Both the position numbers and the translations under genes were made by a program. Shown one piece after another: positions 10,037 to 19,206 of a stretch of 24,395 nt of DNA. The stretch comes from Candidatus Methylomirabilales bacterium (GTDB lineage: Bacteria; Methylomirabilota; Methylomirabilia; Methylomirabilales; CSP1-5): positions 1-24,395 of the forward strand of contig JBHIAH010000037.1 of the NCBI GenBank assembly GCA_046758505.1, in the 5' to 3' direction. The notes under the pieces were generated by a model, which did not search any database, was not told where the DNA came from, and saw only the letters and a program-made list of their open reading frames with translations. How positions within the stretch are numbered: the first letter of the stretch is position 1; each line of letters opens with the position of its first letter.

Positions 10037-11415
10037 CGATGGCCACCGTACTCTTTTTTATCATCATCCTGGGCGTGCTCATCTTCGTCCACGAGCTGGG
10101 GCACTTCGTAGTCGCCAAGCGGGTGGGCGTCGGGGTGCTCAAGTTCTCTCTCGGTTTCGGGCGTCGGCTCTTCGGCTTCAGCAAGGGGGGGACCGAGTAT
10201 CTGGTCTCCGCCATCCCACTGGGGGGCTATGTCAAGATGGTCGGGGAGGACCCGCGGGAGGTCGTGGTGGACGACACCGGCCAGGCCTTCGACGGCACCG
10301 GGCAACCCCTGGACCTCGAAAAGTCCTTTGCCCACAAGTCGGTGTGGGCCCGGATTGCCATCGTGCTGGCCGGGCCCGGATCGAATTTCCTGTTGGCCCT
10401 GGTGCTCTTCTGGGGGGTCTTTGCCGTGGTGGGCCGTCCGGTCTTCCCGCCGGTGGCCGGAAAACCGGACCCAGACTCTGCGGCCGCCGCTGCGGGCCTT
10501 CGACCGGGAGACCGGATCGTCGCGGCGGCGGGTACGCCCGTGAGATCGTGGGAGGGGGTGGAGGCGGCGGTCCAGGCCTCGAGCGGCACGGGCGTCAGGT
10601 TCAGCATTGAGCGGGATGGGGTCCGCCGGGAGGTCACGGTCACCCCGCGCCGGAAGACGGTCACCGATCTCTTTGGTGATCAGCGGGACGTATGGGCGAT
10701 CGGGGTCGGGCCCTTTGTCTCGACCACCGTGGGCCGGGTGATGGAGGGATTCCCCGCAGCGGAGGGGGGGATCAGGATTGGCGATCGCATCGTCGCGGTC
10801 GACGGAGAGCCGGTCGAAACCTGGGAGGAGCTGGCCCGCCGGATTCACACCCGGGCTGGGCAGCAGGTGGCCCTCACGGTCGAGCGGCGGGGGGACCGCT
10901 TTCAGCTTACCCTCACCCCGAAGGCTTCGACCCAACAGGACGTTGCCGGCCGGACGGTGACGGTGGGGCTCATCGGCATCAGCCCTGCGGAGGGGTTCGT
11001 GTACCAGCGGGTCGACCCGCTGACGGCCCTGGTTGACGCGACGGACCGGACCGCGAGCACGAGCGTGAAGATCCTCTGGGTGCTGGTGAAGATGGTGCAG
11101 GGGGCGGTTTCCCCGCGGACGATCGGGGGTCCGATCCTCATGGCCCAGATGACCGGCGAGCAGGTCCGGCAGGGGCTGTTGAACCTGATCTTCTTCACCG
11201 CGCTCCTGTCGATCAACCTGGGGGTGTTGAATCTCCTTCCCATTCCCATTTTGGACGGCGGGCATCTCTTGTTTTTCTCCATCGAGCTGCTCCGCGGCAA
11301 GCCGGTGAGTGTCAAGCGGCGGGAGATGGCTCAGCGGGTGGGGCTGGTCCTCCTGGTGGCGTTGATGGTCTTTGCCTTTTATAATGACATCTTTCGATTG
11401 CTCGGACACCCATGA
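10033..11415 (+). CDS. rseP: RIP metalloprotease RseP
   Basis: HELGH, two PDZ-like domains, NLLPIPILDGG. Confidence 0.97.
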   Translation: MTMATVLFFIIILGVLIFVHELGHFVVAKRVGVGVLKFSLGFGRRLFGFSKGGTEYLVSAIPLGGYVKMVGEDPREVVVDDTGQAFDGTGQPLDLEKSFAHKSVWARIAIVLAGPGSNFLLALVLFWGVFAVVGRPVFPPVAGKPDPDSAAAAAGLRPGDRIVAAAGTPVRSWEGVEAAVQASSGTGVRFSIERDGVRREVTVTPRRKTVTDLFGDQRDVWAIGVGPFVSTTVGRVMEGFPAAEGGIRIGDRIVAVDGEPVETWEELARRIHTRAGQQVALTVERRGDRFQLTLTPKASTQQDVAGRTVTVGLIGISPAEGFVYQRVDPLTALVDATDRTASTSVKILWVLVKMVQGAVSPRTIGGPILMAQMTGEQVRQGLLNLIFFTALLSINLGVLNLLPIPILDGGHLLFFSIELLRGKPVSVKRREMAQRVGLVLLVALMVFAFYNDIFRLLGHP

Positions 11416-11421
11416 TATAAT
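11413..11421 (+). promoter_or_regulatory. Extended -10 element (TGaTATAAT), probable internal promoter for ispG-proS
   Basis: Perfect TGnTATAAT overlapping the rseP stop in a GC-rich background. Confidence 0.55.
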
Positions 11422-11492
11422 CTATAGTTCATTGTTCATGGATGAGGGACCAAAGCTTAGGGGGTCATAGCACGATAGCTGTTGAGTGACTT

Positions 11493-11570
11493 CGACCACC
11501 GATCACCGACGACCGACGACAGAAAACGCTCCTAATCCCTTACGGTCATCGGATAACGGTCATCGGTTGG
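11493..11570. repeat. Inverted arms of degenerate heptamer tandem repeats
   Basis: CGACCAC CGATCAC CGACGAC CGACGAC, 22-nt spacer, CGGTCAT CGGATAA CGGTCAT CGGTTGG. Confidence 0.75.
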
Positions 11571-11584
11571 CAGGAGGCTGATAC

Positions 11585-12712
11585 ATGATTGAGCGGCGGA
11601 AGACGCGGCAGATCCAGGTAGGATCCGTCAACATCGGGGGGGAGGCGCCGGTCGCGGTCCAGTCCATGACCAAGACCGATACCCGCAACGTCGAGGCGAC
11701 CGTCGATCAGATCTGGGCCCTCGAGGCGGCGGGGTGTGAGGTGGTCCGGGTGGCGGCCCCGGACGAGGAGGCGGCGGCGGTCCTGAAAGCAATTCGTTCC
11801 CAGATCCGCATTCCTCTCATTGCTGACATCCACTTCAATTACCGGCTGGCCCTGAGGGCGCTGGAGCAGGGGGTGGATGGTCTGCGCCTCAATCCGGGCA
11901 ACATCGGCGCGCGGTGGAAAGTGGAAGAGGTGGTCCGGGCTGCCCGGGACCGCACGGTCCCCATCCGCATCGGGGTCAACGCCGGCTCGTTGGAAAAGGA
12001 GCTCATGGCGAAATATGGGGGACCCACACCCGAGGCCATGGTGGAGAGCGCGCTCAAGCATATCCAGATCCTGGAGGACCTCGATTATCCCGAGATCAAG
12101 GTGTCGCTCAAGGCCTCGCACCCTCCCATGATGATCGCTGCGTACCGTCTGCTGGCCGGAAAGGTGGACTACCCGTTTCACCTGGGGGTGACCGAGGCCG
12201 GGACGGCTTTTCCGGGCACGGTGAAATCCGCGGTCGGCATGGGTGCCCTCCTGGCTGAGGGCATTGGTGATACCATCCGCGTCTCGCTTACCGAGGATTG
12301 CGTCGAGGAGATCAAGGTCGGCTTTGAGATCCTGAAGGCGCTGGAGCTGCGGGAGCGGGGGCTGAACATCATCGCCTGCCCCTCCTGCGGGCGGGTCGAG
12401 ATCGACCTTATGGGGCTGACCAAGGAGGTGGAGCAGCGGTTGGCGGCCCTGGGTCTGAAGAAGTCGATGAACGTGGCGGTGATGGGCTGCGCCGTGAACG
12501 GCCCGGGCGAGGCACGGGGGGCGGATATCGGGATCGCGGGAGGCAACGGCGTCGGTATCCTCATCAAGAAGGGGCAGATCATCCGCAAGGTGAAGGAGGC
12601 GGAGCTGGCCGACGCCCTCGTGGAGGAACTCCAGAAGATGGCGGAATCCGGCGAGGCGGAAGACGCGTCCCCGGGTGCCGAGAACCTGCTCACCATCCTT
12701 CCCAAGGAGTGA
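11585..12712 (+). CDS. ispG: 4-hydroxy-3-methylbut-2-en-1-yl diphosphate synthase
   Basis: VQSMT, ADIHF, RLNPGN, IGVNAGS, HLGVTEAG, CPSCGR, MGCAVNGPGE; SD AGGAGG. Confidence 0.98.
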   Translation: MIERRKTRQIQVGSVNIGGEAPVAVQSMTKTDTRNVEATVDQIWALEAAGCEVVRVAAPDEEAAAVLKAIRSQIRIPLIADIHFNYRLALRALEQGVDGLRLNPGNIGARWKVEEVVRAARDRTVPIRIGVNAGSLEKELMAKYGGPTPEAMVESALKHIQILEDLDYPEIKVSLKASHPPMMIAAYRLLAGKVDYPFHLGVTEAGTAFPGTVKSAVGMGALLAEGIGDTIRVSLTEDCVEEIKVGFEILKALELRERGLNIIACPSCGRVEIDLMGLTKEVEQRLAALGLKKSMNVAVMGCAVNGPGEARGADIGIAGGNGVGILIKKGQIIRKVKEAELADALVEELQKMAESGEAEDASPGAENLLTILPKE

Positions 12713-12737
12713 GTCCCGGCCTTTTCCTCACCATATC

Positions 12738-14444
12738 ATGCGCTGGAGCAACCTCCTCATCCCCACGCTGAAAGAGGATCCCGCCGAGGCCGAGGCGGTG
12801 AGCCACAAGCTCATGATCCGGAGCGGGCTGGTCCGCCAGCTGGCCGCCGGGATCTATTGCTACCTGCCGCTCGGGCACCGAATCCTGGACAAGATCAACG
12901 CCATCATCCGGGCAGAGATGAACCGCATCGGGGGGCAGGAGGTGACCCTGCCGGCGCTCCACCCCGCCGAGCTCTGGCAGCAGACCGGCCGGTGGGCCGA
13001 CATCGGCGAGGAGATGTTCCGGTTGAAGGATCGGGGAAAACGGGACATGTGCCTGGGGATGACCCACGAGGAAGTCATCGCTTGGCTGGCCGCAAAGGAG
13101 ATTCGGTCCTACCGGGAGCTTCCCCAGATCTGGTACCAGATTCAGGTGAAGTTCCGGGATGAGGCTCGGCCCAAGAGCGGCGTGCTCCGGACCCGGGAAT
13201 TCGTCATGAAAGACTCCTATAGCCTGGACGCGGATGAGGAGGGGCTGCAGCAGAGTTACGAGCGGCACAAGGAGGCCTACGGTCGCATTCTTGGACGGTG
13301 CGGGCTCACCTGGTACGTGGTGGAGTCCGACCCGGGCATGATGGGCGGAGGTGGATCGCACGAGTTCATGGCCCCGAGCCCTGCGGGGGAGGATGAGGTG
13401 GCCCTGTGCGCATCCTGCGGCTATGCGGCGAATGTCGAACTGGCAACGTCGCATCCCGCTCCGCCCCCTTTCCCCGCTTGGTCCTCGTTGGAGGAAGTCC
13501 CCACCCCGGCGGCGAGGAGCATCGAGGAAGTTTCAACCTTTCTCCAGATCGATCCACGGCTTACCCTGAAGAGCCTCCTGGTCATGACGGGGGAGGGACC
13601 CCTCCTCTGCCTCCTCCGGGGAGATCAGCAGCTCCACGAGCGGAAAGTCGAGCGTCTCGTCGGCCCCTTCCGGCCGGCCCATCGCGACGAGGTGAAAGAG
13701 GTCGTCGGGGTGGAGGCAGGATTCTTGGGACCGGTGAATCTCGCGATACCCCTGCTGGCCGATGAGGCCGTTGCGGAAGGGGTCTATGTCGCCGGGGCCA
13801 ATCGGGAGGGCACCCACCTGCGGGGCGTGGTCCCGGGCACGCACTTCAACGCGCGGTACGCGGATATTCACCGCGTGCAACCGGGAGATGCCTGCGGGCG
13901 GTGTGGGGGCCCGGTTACCGTGGAGCGCGTGATCGAGGTCGGAAACATCTTCAAGCTGGGGACTCGGTATTCCACGCCGCTCAAGGCGGTCTACCTGGAT
14001 GAGAAGGGACAGGAACGCCCCATTGTCATGGGGAGCTACGGGATCGGCCCGGCGCGGATCGCGGCCGCCGCCATTGAACAGCACCACGATCGGGATGGGA
14101 CGATGTGGCCTCTCAGCATTGCGCCGTTCCAGGTTCACCTCCTCACGGTGAATGTCAAGGACGCGGCGATGCGAGGCCTGGGTGAGCAGCTTTACCGCGA
14201 TCTTGAGGGGGCGGGGGTGGAGGTCCTCTATGACGACCGGGACGATCGACCGGGAGTCAAATTCAAGGATGCCGACCTCATGGGGCTGCCGTTTCGGGTG
14301 ACGGTGGGGAGTCGGGCGATTCGGGAGGGGGAGGTGGAGGTCCGCAATCGCCGGACCAGAGAAGACTCGTGTGTGCCGGTCGCGGAGGCCCTGCCCCGCA
14401 TTCAGGCGCTGGTCACCGGCGGGGAGGGGAGCTCGGACGCGTGA
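12738..14444 (+). CDS. proS: Proline--tRNA ligase (with INS editing domain)
   Basis: MRWS..IPTLKE.P, THEE, FRDEARP, REFVMKDSYS, EVGNIFKLG, MGSYGIG. Confidence 0.98.
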   Translation: MRWSNLLIPTLKEDPAEAEAVSHKLMIRSGLVRQLAAGIYCYLPLGHRILDKINAIIRAEMNRIGGQEVTLPALHPAELWQQTGRWADIGEEMFRLKDRGKRDMCLGMTHEEVIAWLAAKEIRSYRELPQIWYQIQVKFRDEARPKSGVLRTREFVMKDSYSLDADEEGLQQSYERHKEAYGRILGRCGLTWYVVESDPGMMGGGGSHEFMAPSPAGEDEVALCASCGYAANVELATSHPAPPPFPAWSSLEEVPTPAARSIEEVSTFLQIDPRLTLKSLLVMTGEGPLLCLLRGDQQLHERKVERLVGPFRPAHRDEVKEVVGVEAGFLGPVNLAIPLLADEAVAEGVYVAGANREGTHLRGVVPGTHFNARYADIHRVQPGDACGRCGGPVTVERVIEVGNIFKLGTRYSTPLKAVYLDEKGQERPIVMGSYGIGPARIAAAAIEQHHDRDGTMWPLSIAPFQVHLLTVNVKDAAMRGLGEQLYRDLEGAGVEVLYDDRDDRPGVKFKDADLMGLPFRVTVGSRAIREGEVEVRNRRTREDSCVPVAEALPRIQALVTGGEGSSDA

Positions 14445-14452
14445 GAAGAACG

Positions 14453-14618
14453 GCGATCAGCGAAAAGCGTGCAGCGAGAAGGCTGGAACGCGAGAATGCT
14501 AGAATGCTCCGAGCCTTTTCGGCCTTCCAGCTTCCCAGCATCCCAGCATGCCAGCTTACGAGCCTGCTAGCCTTCCAGCATTCCAGCAATTGAGTGCGGA
14601 CAGCCGCCAGCTGACAGG
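14453..14618. repeat. Inverted octamer tandem repeats with heptamer flanks
   Basis: Four GCTGGAAT-like units (14474-14505) facing eight CTTCCAGC-like units (14524-14587). Confidence 0.8.
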
Positions 14619-14651
14619 GATACGGGGTGGCGGGGAGGCGGGACGGATGGG

Positions 14652-14939
14652 CTATTCGTCGGCGGTTCCGTTGTCGGCCTTGGGTGGCCGCTCGGCGCCG
14701 TTCGTGCCGGAGGAGCCATCGGTCCTTTTGTGCTCCCGTTCCTGGGCCCTCTTTCGCTCCGGGTTTGCGTAGTCGGTCACGTACCAGCCCGTCCCCTTGA
14801 AGACCAGGGCAGGGGGGGACAGGACCCGGTGGACGGATCCGGAGCACACCACGCACGACGCGATGGGATCGTCGGAGAACTTCTGAATCACCTCAAAGGT
14901 GTGGCCACACACCTCGCATTGGTACTCGTAAATCGGCAC
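14652..14939 (-). CDS. FmdB-family zinc-ribbon protein
   Basis: MPIYEYQCxxCGH.FE...CxxC...FKGTGWYVTDY; GTG start with SD GGAGG. Confidence 0.92.
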   Translation of the reverse strand: MPIYEYQCEVCGHTFEVIQKFSDDPIASCVVCSGSVHRVLSPPALVFKGTGWYVTDYANPERKRAQEREHKRTDGSSGTNGAERPPKADNGTADE

Positions 14940-14985
14940 GGACCACGTCCTCCATCTGGACCGGCTTTGAAAAACCCAAATAAAA

Positions 14986-15014
14986 ATTTTAGTCCCTTCT
15001 TCCAAACTTGTCAA
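14986..15014 (-). promoter_or_regulatory. Sigma70 promoter for the FmdB-family gene
   Basis: TTGACA-17 nt-TAAAAT. Confidence 0.75.
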
Positions 15015-15037
15015 CTTTTTTCCCCCCTCAGGGACCC

Positions 15038-15493
15038 ATGACTCGCGAGTATCCACCTCGTCCCGTTGTGGCCGTCGGCGCCATCGTCGTGAAGGCGGGC
15101 AAGGTGTTACTCGTCCGTCGGGGGACGGAACCAAGTCGGGGCCGCTGGAGCCTGCCCGGAGGAGCGGTCGACCTGGGGGAAGGGCTGTGGGAGGCGGTCG
15201 TGCGCGAAGTCAGGGAGGAGTGTGGGATCGATGTGACGGTGAAGGGGGTCGTGGAGGTGCTCGACCGGATCCATGCCGACCGCGATGGTCGGATCCGGTA
15301 TCACTATGTGATCGTCGACTTCCTGGCGTCGTGGCGTCGGGGGCGGCTGAAGGCCGCCTCGGATATTTCGGAGGCCGCGTGGGTCGATCCTGACGCGTTG
15401 GAGGATCTCCCCTTGACCGAGGGCTTAGCTGCTGTGGTGCAGAAGGCCCTCGGCGTGACTCGTCGCGTGCGCCGGCCGCGCAGAAGAAATTGA
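15038..15493 (+). CDS. Nudix hydrolase (ADP-ribose pyrophosphatase-like)
   Basis: Nudix box GGAVDLGEGLWEAVVREVREECG; REYP.RP N-terminus; YHYVIVDF. Confidence 0.92.
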   Translation: MTREYPPRPVVAVGAIVVKAGKVLLVRRGTEPSRGRWSLPGGAVDLGEGLWEAVVREVREECGIDVTVKGVVEVLDRIHADRDGRIRYHYVIVDFLASWRRGRLKAASDISEAAWVDPDALEDLPLTEGLAAVVQKALGVTRRVRRPRRRN

Positions 15494-15518
15494 CGTCCCC
15501 CCGCTCCCGTGGTAGAGT
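15490..15518 (+). promoter_or_regulatory. Sigma70 promoter for thiS-thiG
   Basis: TTGACG-17 nt-TAGAGT with upstream TG. Confidence 0.55.
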
Positions 15519-15567
15519 AACAGCAGGTTTTCTGGAGCCTTGCTGGAAGGCCCAGAGCGTCTTGGTC

Positions 15568-15795
15568 ATGCACATCCGGCTGAACGGCAAAGATTACACG
15601 CTGAGCGAAGGGATCACGGTTGCGCAACTGTTGGATGAGCTGAAGGTTCGCCCCGAGCGTGTGGCGGTCCTGGTCAACCAGGGGATCGTGAAGAAGCCCT
15701 CGTATGCCACCACGACACTCCGGGAAGGGGACGCGGTCGAGGTGCTCACCGTCATGGCCGGCGGGGCATGGAGGAGATCCGATGATGGAGTATAA
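15568..15795 (+). CDS. thiS: Sulfur carrier protein ThiS, with a 9-aa extension after GG
   Basis: IRLNG...VAVLVN...[14 protein letters not shown]; upstream of thiG. Confidence 0.9.
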   Translation: MHIRLNGKDYTLSEGITVAQLLDELKVRPERVAVLVNQGIVKKPSYATTTLREGDAVEVLTVMAGGAWRRSDDGV

Positions 15796-16567
15796 GGACG
15801 AGCCGCTGCGGTTTGGGGGGAAGGAGTTTCGGTCTCGCCTCATCGTCGGGAGTAGCAAGTATCCGGACCCCGCCACGATGCAAAAGGCCTGGGAGGCCTC
15901 GGGTGCAGACGTGATCACCGTGGCCATCCGGCGGATGAACCTGGCGACCGGTGGATCCCTTCTGGAGTACGTTGATCATAGCCGGTACACGCTCCTCCCC
16001 AACACGGCGGGCTGTTACAGTAGCGAGGAGGCAATCAAGACGGCGTTCATTGCCCGCGAGATGGGGCTGTCCGACATGATCAAGCTGGAGGTGATCGGGG
16101 ACGAGAAGACGCTCTTCCCCGATACGGCGGCCTTGATCGAGGCGACGAAGGCGTTGACCAAGGAGGGCTTCATCGTCCTGCCGTATACCAATGATGACCC
16201 GATCGTCGCGAAGAAGCTTGAGGACGTGGGCGCAGCCGCCGTCATGCCGCTCGGGGCCCCGATCGGCTCCGGCCTCGGCATCCGGAATCCGTACAACATC
16301 AAGATCATTCTGGAGATGGTGCGGGTGCCGGTCATCGTCGATGCCGGGGTCGGGACCGCCTCCGACGCAACGGTCGCCATGGAGCTGGGTTGTGAGGGAG
16401 TGCTGATGAACACCGGGATCGCGGCGGCGAAGGATCCGGTCGCCATGGCGATCGCGATGCGCTACGCGGTCGAGGCGGGACGGCTGGCCTGCGTGGCGGG
16501 GCGCATCCCGAAGAAGCTCTACGCGTCTGCCTCCACCTCCCTGGAAGGGATCCCCGAGCTCCTCTAA
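15782..16567 (+). CDS. thiG: Thiazole synthase
   Basis: [41 protein letters not shown]. Confidence 0.98.
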   Translation: MMEYKDEPLRFGGKEFRSRLIVGSSKYPDPATMQKAWEASGADVITVAIRRMNLATGGSLLEYVDHSRYTLLPNTAGCYSSEEAIKTAFIAREMGLSDMIKLEVIGDEKTLFPDTAALIEATKALTKEGFIVLPYTNDDPIVAKKLEDVGAAAVMPLGAPIGSGLGIRNPYNIKIILEMVRVPVIVDAGVGTASDATVAMELGCEGVLMNTGIAAAKDPVAMAIAMRYAVEAGRLACVAGRIPKKLYASASTSLEGIPELL

Positions 16568-16572
16568 GAACG

Positions 16573-16607
16573 GGTTCATGGTTCAGAGTTCAGGGTTCAC
16601 GGTGGAT
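16573..16607. repeat. Heptamer tandem repeat (GGTTCAN x4-5)
   Basis: GGTTCAT GGTTCAG AGTTCAG GGTTCAC GGTGGAT. Confidence 0.7.
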
Positions 16608-16673
16608 AGAGCAAAAACTCATTTGTCCATCTGCTGAGCCAATACGGCTCGCCCACCCGTTCGATGTCATCTG

Positions 16674-17300
16674 ATGTCATCTCTTCAAGATCCCCGCGCG
16701 TGGGGACTCTATGTCATCACTGATCGGACGCAGACGGCGGGCCGGCCGCTCGAGGAGGTGATCGGCGCCGCCGTGCGGGGAGGGGCCAGGGCCTTTCAGC
16801 TGCGCGAGAAGGACCTCGAGGCCCGAGAGCTCACCGCATTAGCCGATCGCCTGCTTCGTCTCGTTCGTCCGGCCGGAGGCCTCCTCCTCATCAACGATCG
16901 GATCGACGTGGCGTTGGCCGTCGGAGCGTGCGGGGCGCATCTGAGTCGGCGCGGTTTTTCCCCGAGTGTCGCCCGTCGTCTGCTCGCCCGGGGCAAGCTT
17001 CTCGGGGTGTCGTGTCACTCCCTCGGCGAGGCAGAAGAAGCCCAAGAGGGGGGGGCCGATTACATCCTCCTGGGGCCGATCTTTTTCACTCCCTCCAAGG
17101 CATCCTACGGTCCGCCGCTCGGACTGGAGTTGCTCCGAGAGGTCCGGCCCCGGATCCGGCTTCCCATCTTTGCCATCGGTGGGATTACGGCGGCGAACCG
17201 GGAGGAGGTTCTCGGCGCCGGCGCCGACGGCGTCGCGGTCATCTCCGGGGTCATGGCGGTCCCCGATGTCTCGGCGGCAGTGCGAGCCCTGCTTCCGTAG
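16674..17300 (+). CDS. thiE: Thiamine-phosphate synthase (ThiE/TenI family)
   Basis: LYVITD, QLREK, INDRIDVA, GVSCHS, TPSK, AIGGI. Confidence 0.88.
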   Translation: MSSLQDPRAWGLYVITDRTQTAGRPLEEVIGAAVRGGARAFQLREKDLEARELTALADRLLRLVRPAGGLLLINDRIDVALAVGACGAHLSRRGFSPSVARRLLARGKLLGVSCHSLGEAEEAQEGGADYILLGPIFFTPSKASYGPPLGLELLREVRPRIRLPIFAIGGITAANREEVLGAGADGVAVISGVMAVPDVSAAVRALLP

Positions 17301-17357
17301 CGGCGCAGGTGCGTGTGGCATGATGTCGGCAGGGGTGCGGTCGTTGGTACTGATAAG

Positions 17358-17390
17358 AAAAAAGCCGGAAGGGGTCCCTTCCGGCTTTTT
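17358..17390. terminator. Bidirectional rho-independent terminator
   Basis: AAAAAAGCCGGAAGGG-gt-CCCTTCCGGCTTTTT between the convergent thiE and HU genes. Confidence 0.9.
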
Positions 17391-17409
17391 GCGTTATTGT
17401 AGAGGAAGA

Positions 17410-17682
17410 CTAATTTACGGCATCCCTCAGATCTTTGCCTGCCTTGAACCGCGGAACTCTGGCTGCCGGGATGCGGATGGCCCGTCCGGTTTGGGGGTTG
17501 CGCCCGTTGCGGGCTGCCCGCCTGGCGACTGAAAACGTGCCGAAACCGACCAGCGTGACCTTCCTTCCCTTCTTCAACGAGTCCCGAATCGACTTCAAGG
17601 TACTCTCGAGGGCGATTTCAGCGGCCTTCTTGGTCATCCCGGAGCCTTTGGCCATTCTGTCGACCAGCTCCGCCTTTGTCAT
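17410..17682 (-). CDS. hup: HU family DNA-binding protein
   Basis: MTKAELV...VTLVGFGTF...GRNPQTG...PRFKAGKDLRDAV; SD AAAGGAGGTG. Confidence 0.97.
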   Translation of the reverse strand: MTKAELVDRMAKGSGMTKKAAEIALESTLKSIRDSLKKGRKVTLVGFGTFSVARRAARNGRNPQTGRAIRIPAARVPRFKAGKDLRDAVN

Positions 17683-17759
17683 TGCCTGTCACCTCCTTTC
17701 ACCTGGTGAAATACAATGAAATGAGGGCGTGAAAATAGGGGTGGGAGAAGAACGGTAGG

Positions 17760-17789
17760 CCTATATCAAAGAACGCGAATGGGTGTCAA
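17760..17789 (-). promoter_or_regulatory. Probable promoter of HU copy 1
   Basis: TTGACA-N13-TTTGATATAGG. Confidence 0.55.
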
Positions 17790-17832
17790 GGTGAAAATCG
17801 AGCCAGAGGGATGCCCGCATGGCTGCGGTGCC

Positions 17833-19194
17833 TCAGCGCTCTCGTTCGGTGTGAGGGTCGGGGGACGGTCGTTGGAGGCGCCTGCGCCACTCCGTGAGGC
17901 GTCGGCGGATCTCGGCCTCGTATCCCCGGTGTGTGGGCTCGTAGTAGGTCCGGCCCTTCAGCTCCGGTGGCAGGTGCTCTTGATCTACGAGAGCGTCGGG
18001 GTGGTCGTGGGCGTACCGGTATCCTTCCCCATACCCCAAGTCTTTCATGAGGGGGGTCGGGGCGTTCTGGAGGTGGAGCGGCACCGGCGCCATGGGCGCC
18101 TGCTCCACGTCCGCACGGGCCTTCGCGTAGGCGCGGTAGACCGCGTTCGACTTGGGGGCGGTGGCAAGGTAGCACGTGCACTCGGCCAAGGCCAGCTCCC
18201 CTTCCGGCGTTCCCAGAAAATGGTATGCCTCCTTGGCCGCGACCGCCACCGAGAGGGCTGCGGGATCGGCGGTGCCGATGTCCTCGGCGGCGACGCGGAT
18301 GAGCCGGCGCGCGATGTACAGGGGATCTTCTCCCGCGGTGAGCATCCGGGCCAGCCAGTACAAGGCCGCGTCGGGGTCGCTGTCCCTGAGGCTCTTGTGG
18401 AGGGCGGAGATGAGGGCGTAGTGCTCGTCTCCCGCCTTGTCGTAGCGCAGGCTTCGGCGCTGGGCCGCCTCCTCCACGGTGGGGAGGGTGATTTCGAGGA
18501 TTCCGTCGGGGCGCCGGGGGGCGATCTGGGCGGCCAGCTCCAAGGTATTCAGTGCGACCCGGGCGTCACCCGAGGCCAGGCGGAGGAGATGCCTGAGGCC
18601 TTCGGGATCAAGCCGTGCCTTGAGCGTCCCCAGGCCCCGCTCTGGATCCTCCAGGGCTCGCCGGATGATCTGGGCAAGGTCGGCCTCGGAGAGGGGGTGG
18701 AGGCGAAAGACCTTGGCGCGGGAGAGGAGGGGGGCGACGACTTCAAAGGAGGGATTTTCCGTGGTCGCCCCGATGAGGGTGATGACCCCTTTCTCCACGT
18801 GGGGGAGAAAGGCGTCCTGCTGCGCCTTGTTGAATCGGTGGATCTCGTCGACGAAGAGGATGGTCCGTCGGCCTTCCCGCTGCTCATGCCAGTCCGCCCG
18901 CGCGATTACCTCTCTGATCTCCCGAATGCCGGCGGTGACGGCGGAGAAGGGGACGAAGGCGGCACCGGTCCGCTCGGCGATTAGGAAGGCGAGTGTCGTC
19001 TTCCCCGAGCCGGGGGGTCCCCAGAGGATCATCGAAGGGATCTCCCCGCGGTCGAGGGCGAGGTGCAACACGCGGCCCTCCCCCAGCAGGTGCGTTTGTC
19101 CCGCGAACTCCTCCGCCGTTTTCGGCCGCATCCGATCGGCGAGGGGGGCCTTCCGGTGCCGCTCCTTTTTCTTGGGTTGCTCGAAGAGCTCCAT
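17833..19194 (-). CDS. rarA: Replication-associated recombination protein A (RarA/MgsA)
   Basis: PLADRMRP, WGPPGSGKTT, DEIHRFNKAQQD, GATTENP, ISALHKS, PKSN. Confidence 0.97.
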   Translation of the reverse strand: MELFEQPKKKERHRKAPLADRMRPKTAEEFAGQTHLLGEGRVLHLALDRGEIPSMILWGPPGSGKTTLAFLIAERTGAAFVPFSAVTAGIREIREVIARADWHEQREGRRTILFVDEIHRFNKAQQDAFLPHVEKGVITLIGATTENPSFEVVAPLLSRAKVFRLHPLSEADLAQIIRRALEDPERGLGTLKARLDPEGLRHLLRLASGDARVALNTLELAAQIAPRRPDGILEITLPTVEEAAQRRSLRYDKAGDEHYALISALHKSLRDSDPDAALYWLARMLTAGEDPLYIARRLIRVAAEDIGTADPAALSVAVAAKEAYHFLGTPEGELALAECTCYLATAPKSNAVYRAYAKARADVEQAPMAPVPLHLQNAPTPLMKDLGYGEGYRYAHDHPDALVDQEHLPPELKGRTYYEPTHRGYEAEIRRRLTEWRRRLQRPSPDPHTERER

Positions 19195-19206
19195 CACGAA
19201 TAACCT

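Noticed and set aside
14474..14587. CRISPR array
   Set aside because: Units are 8-bp tandem repeats without unique spacers; no cas genes
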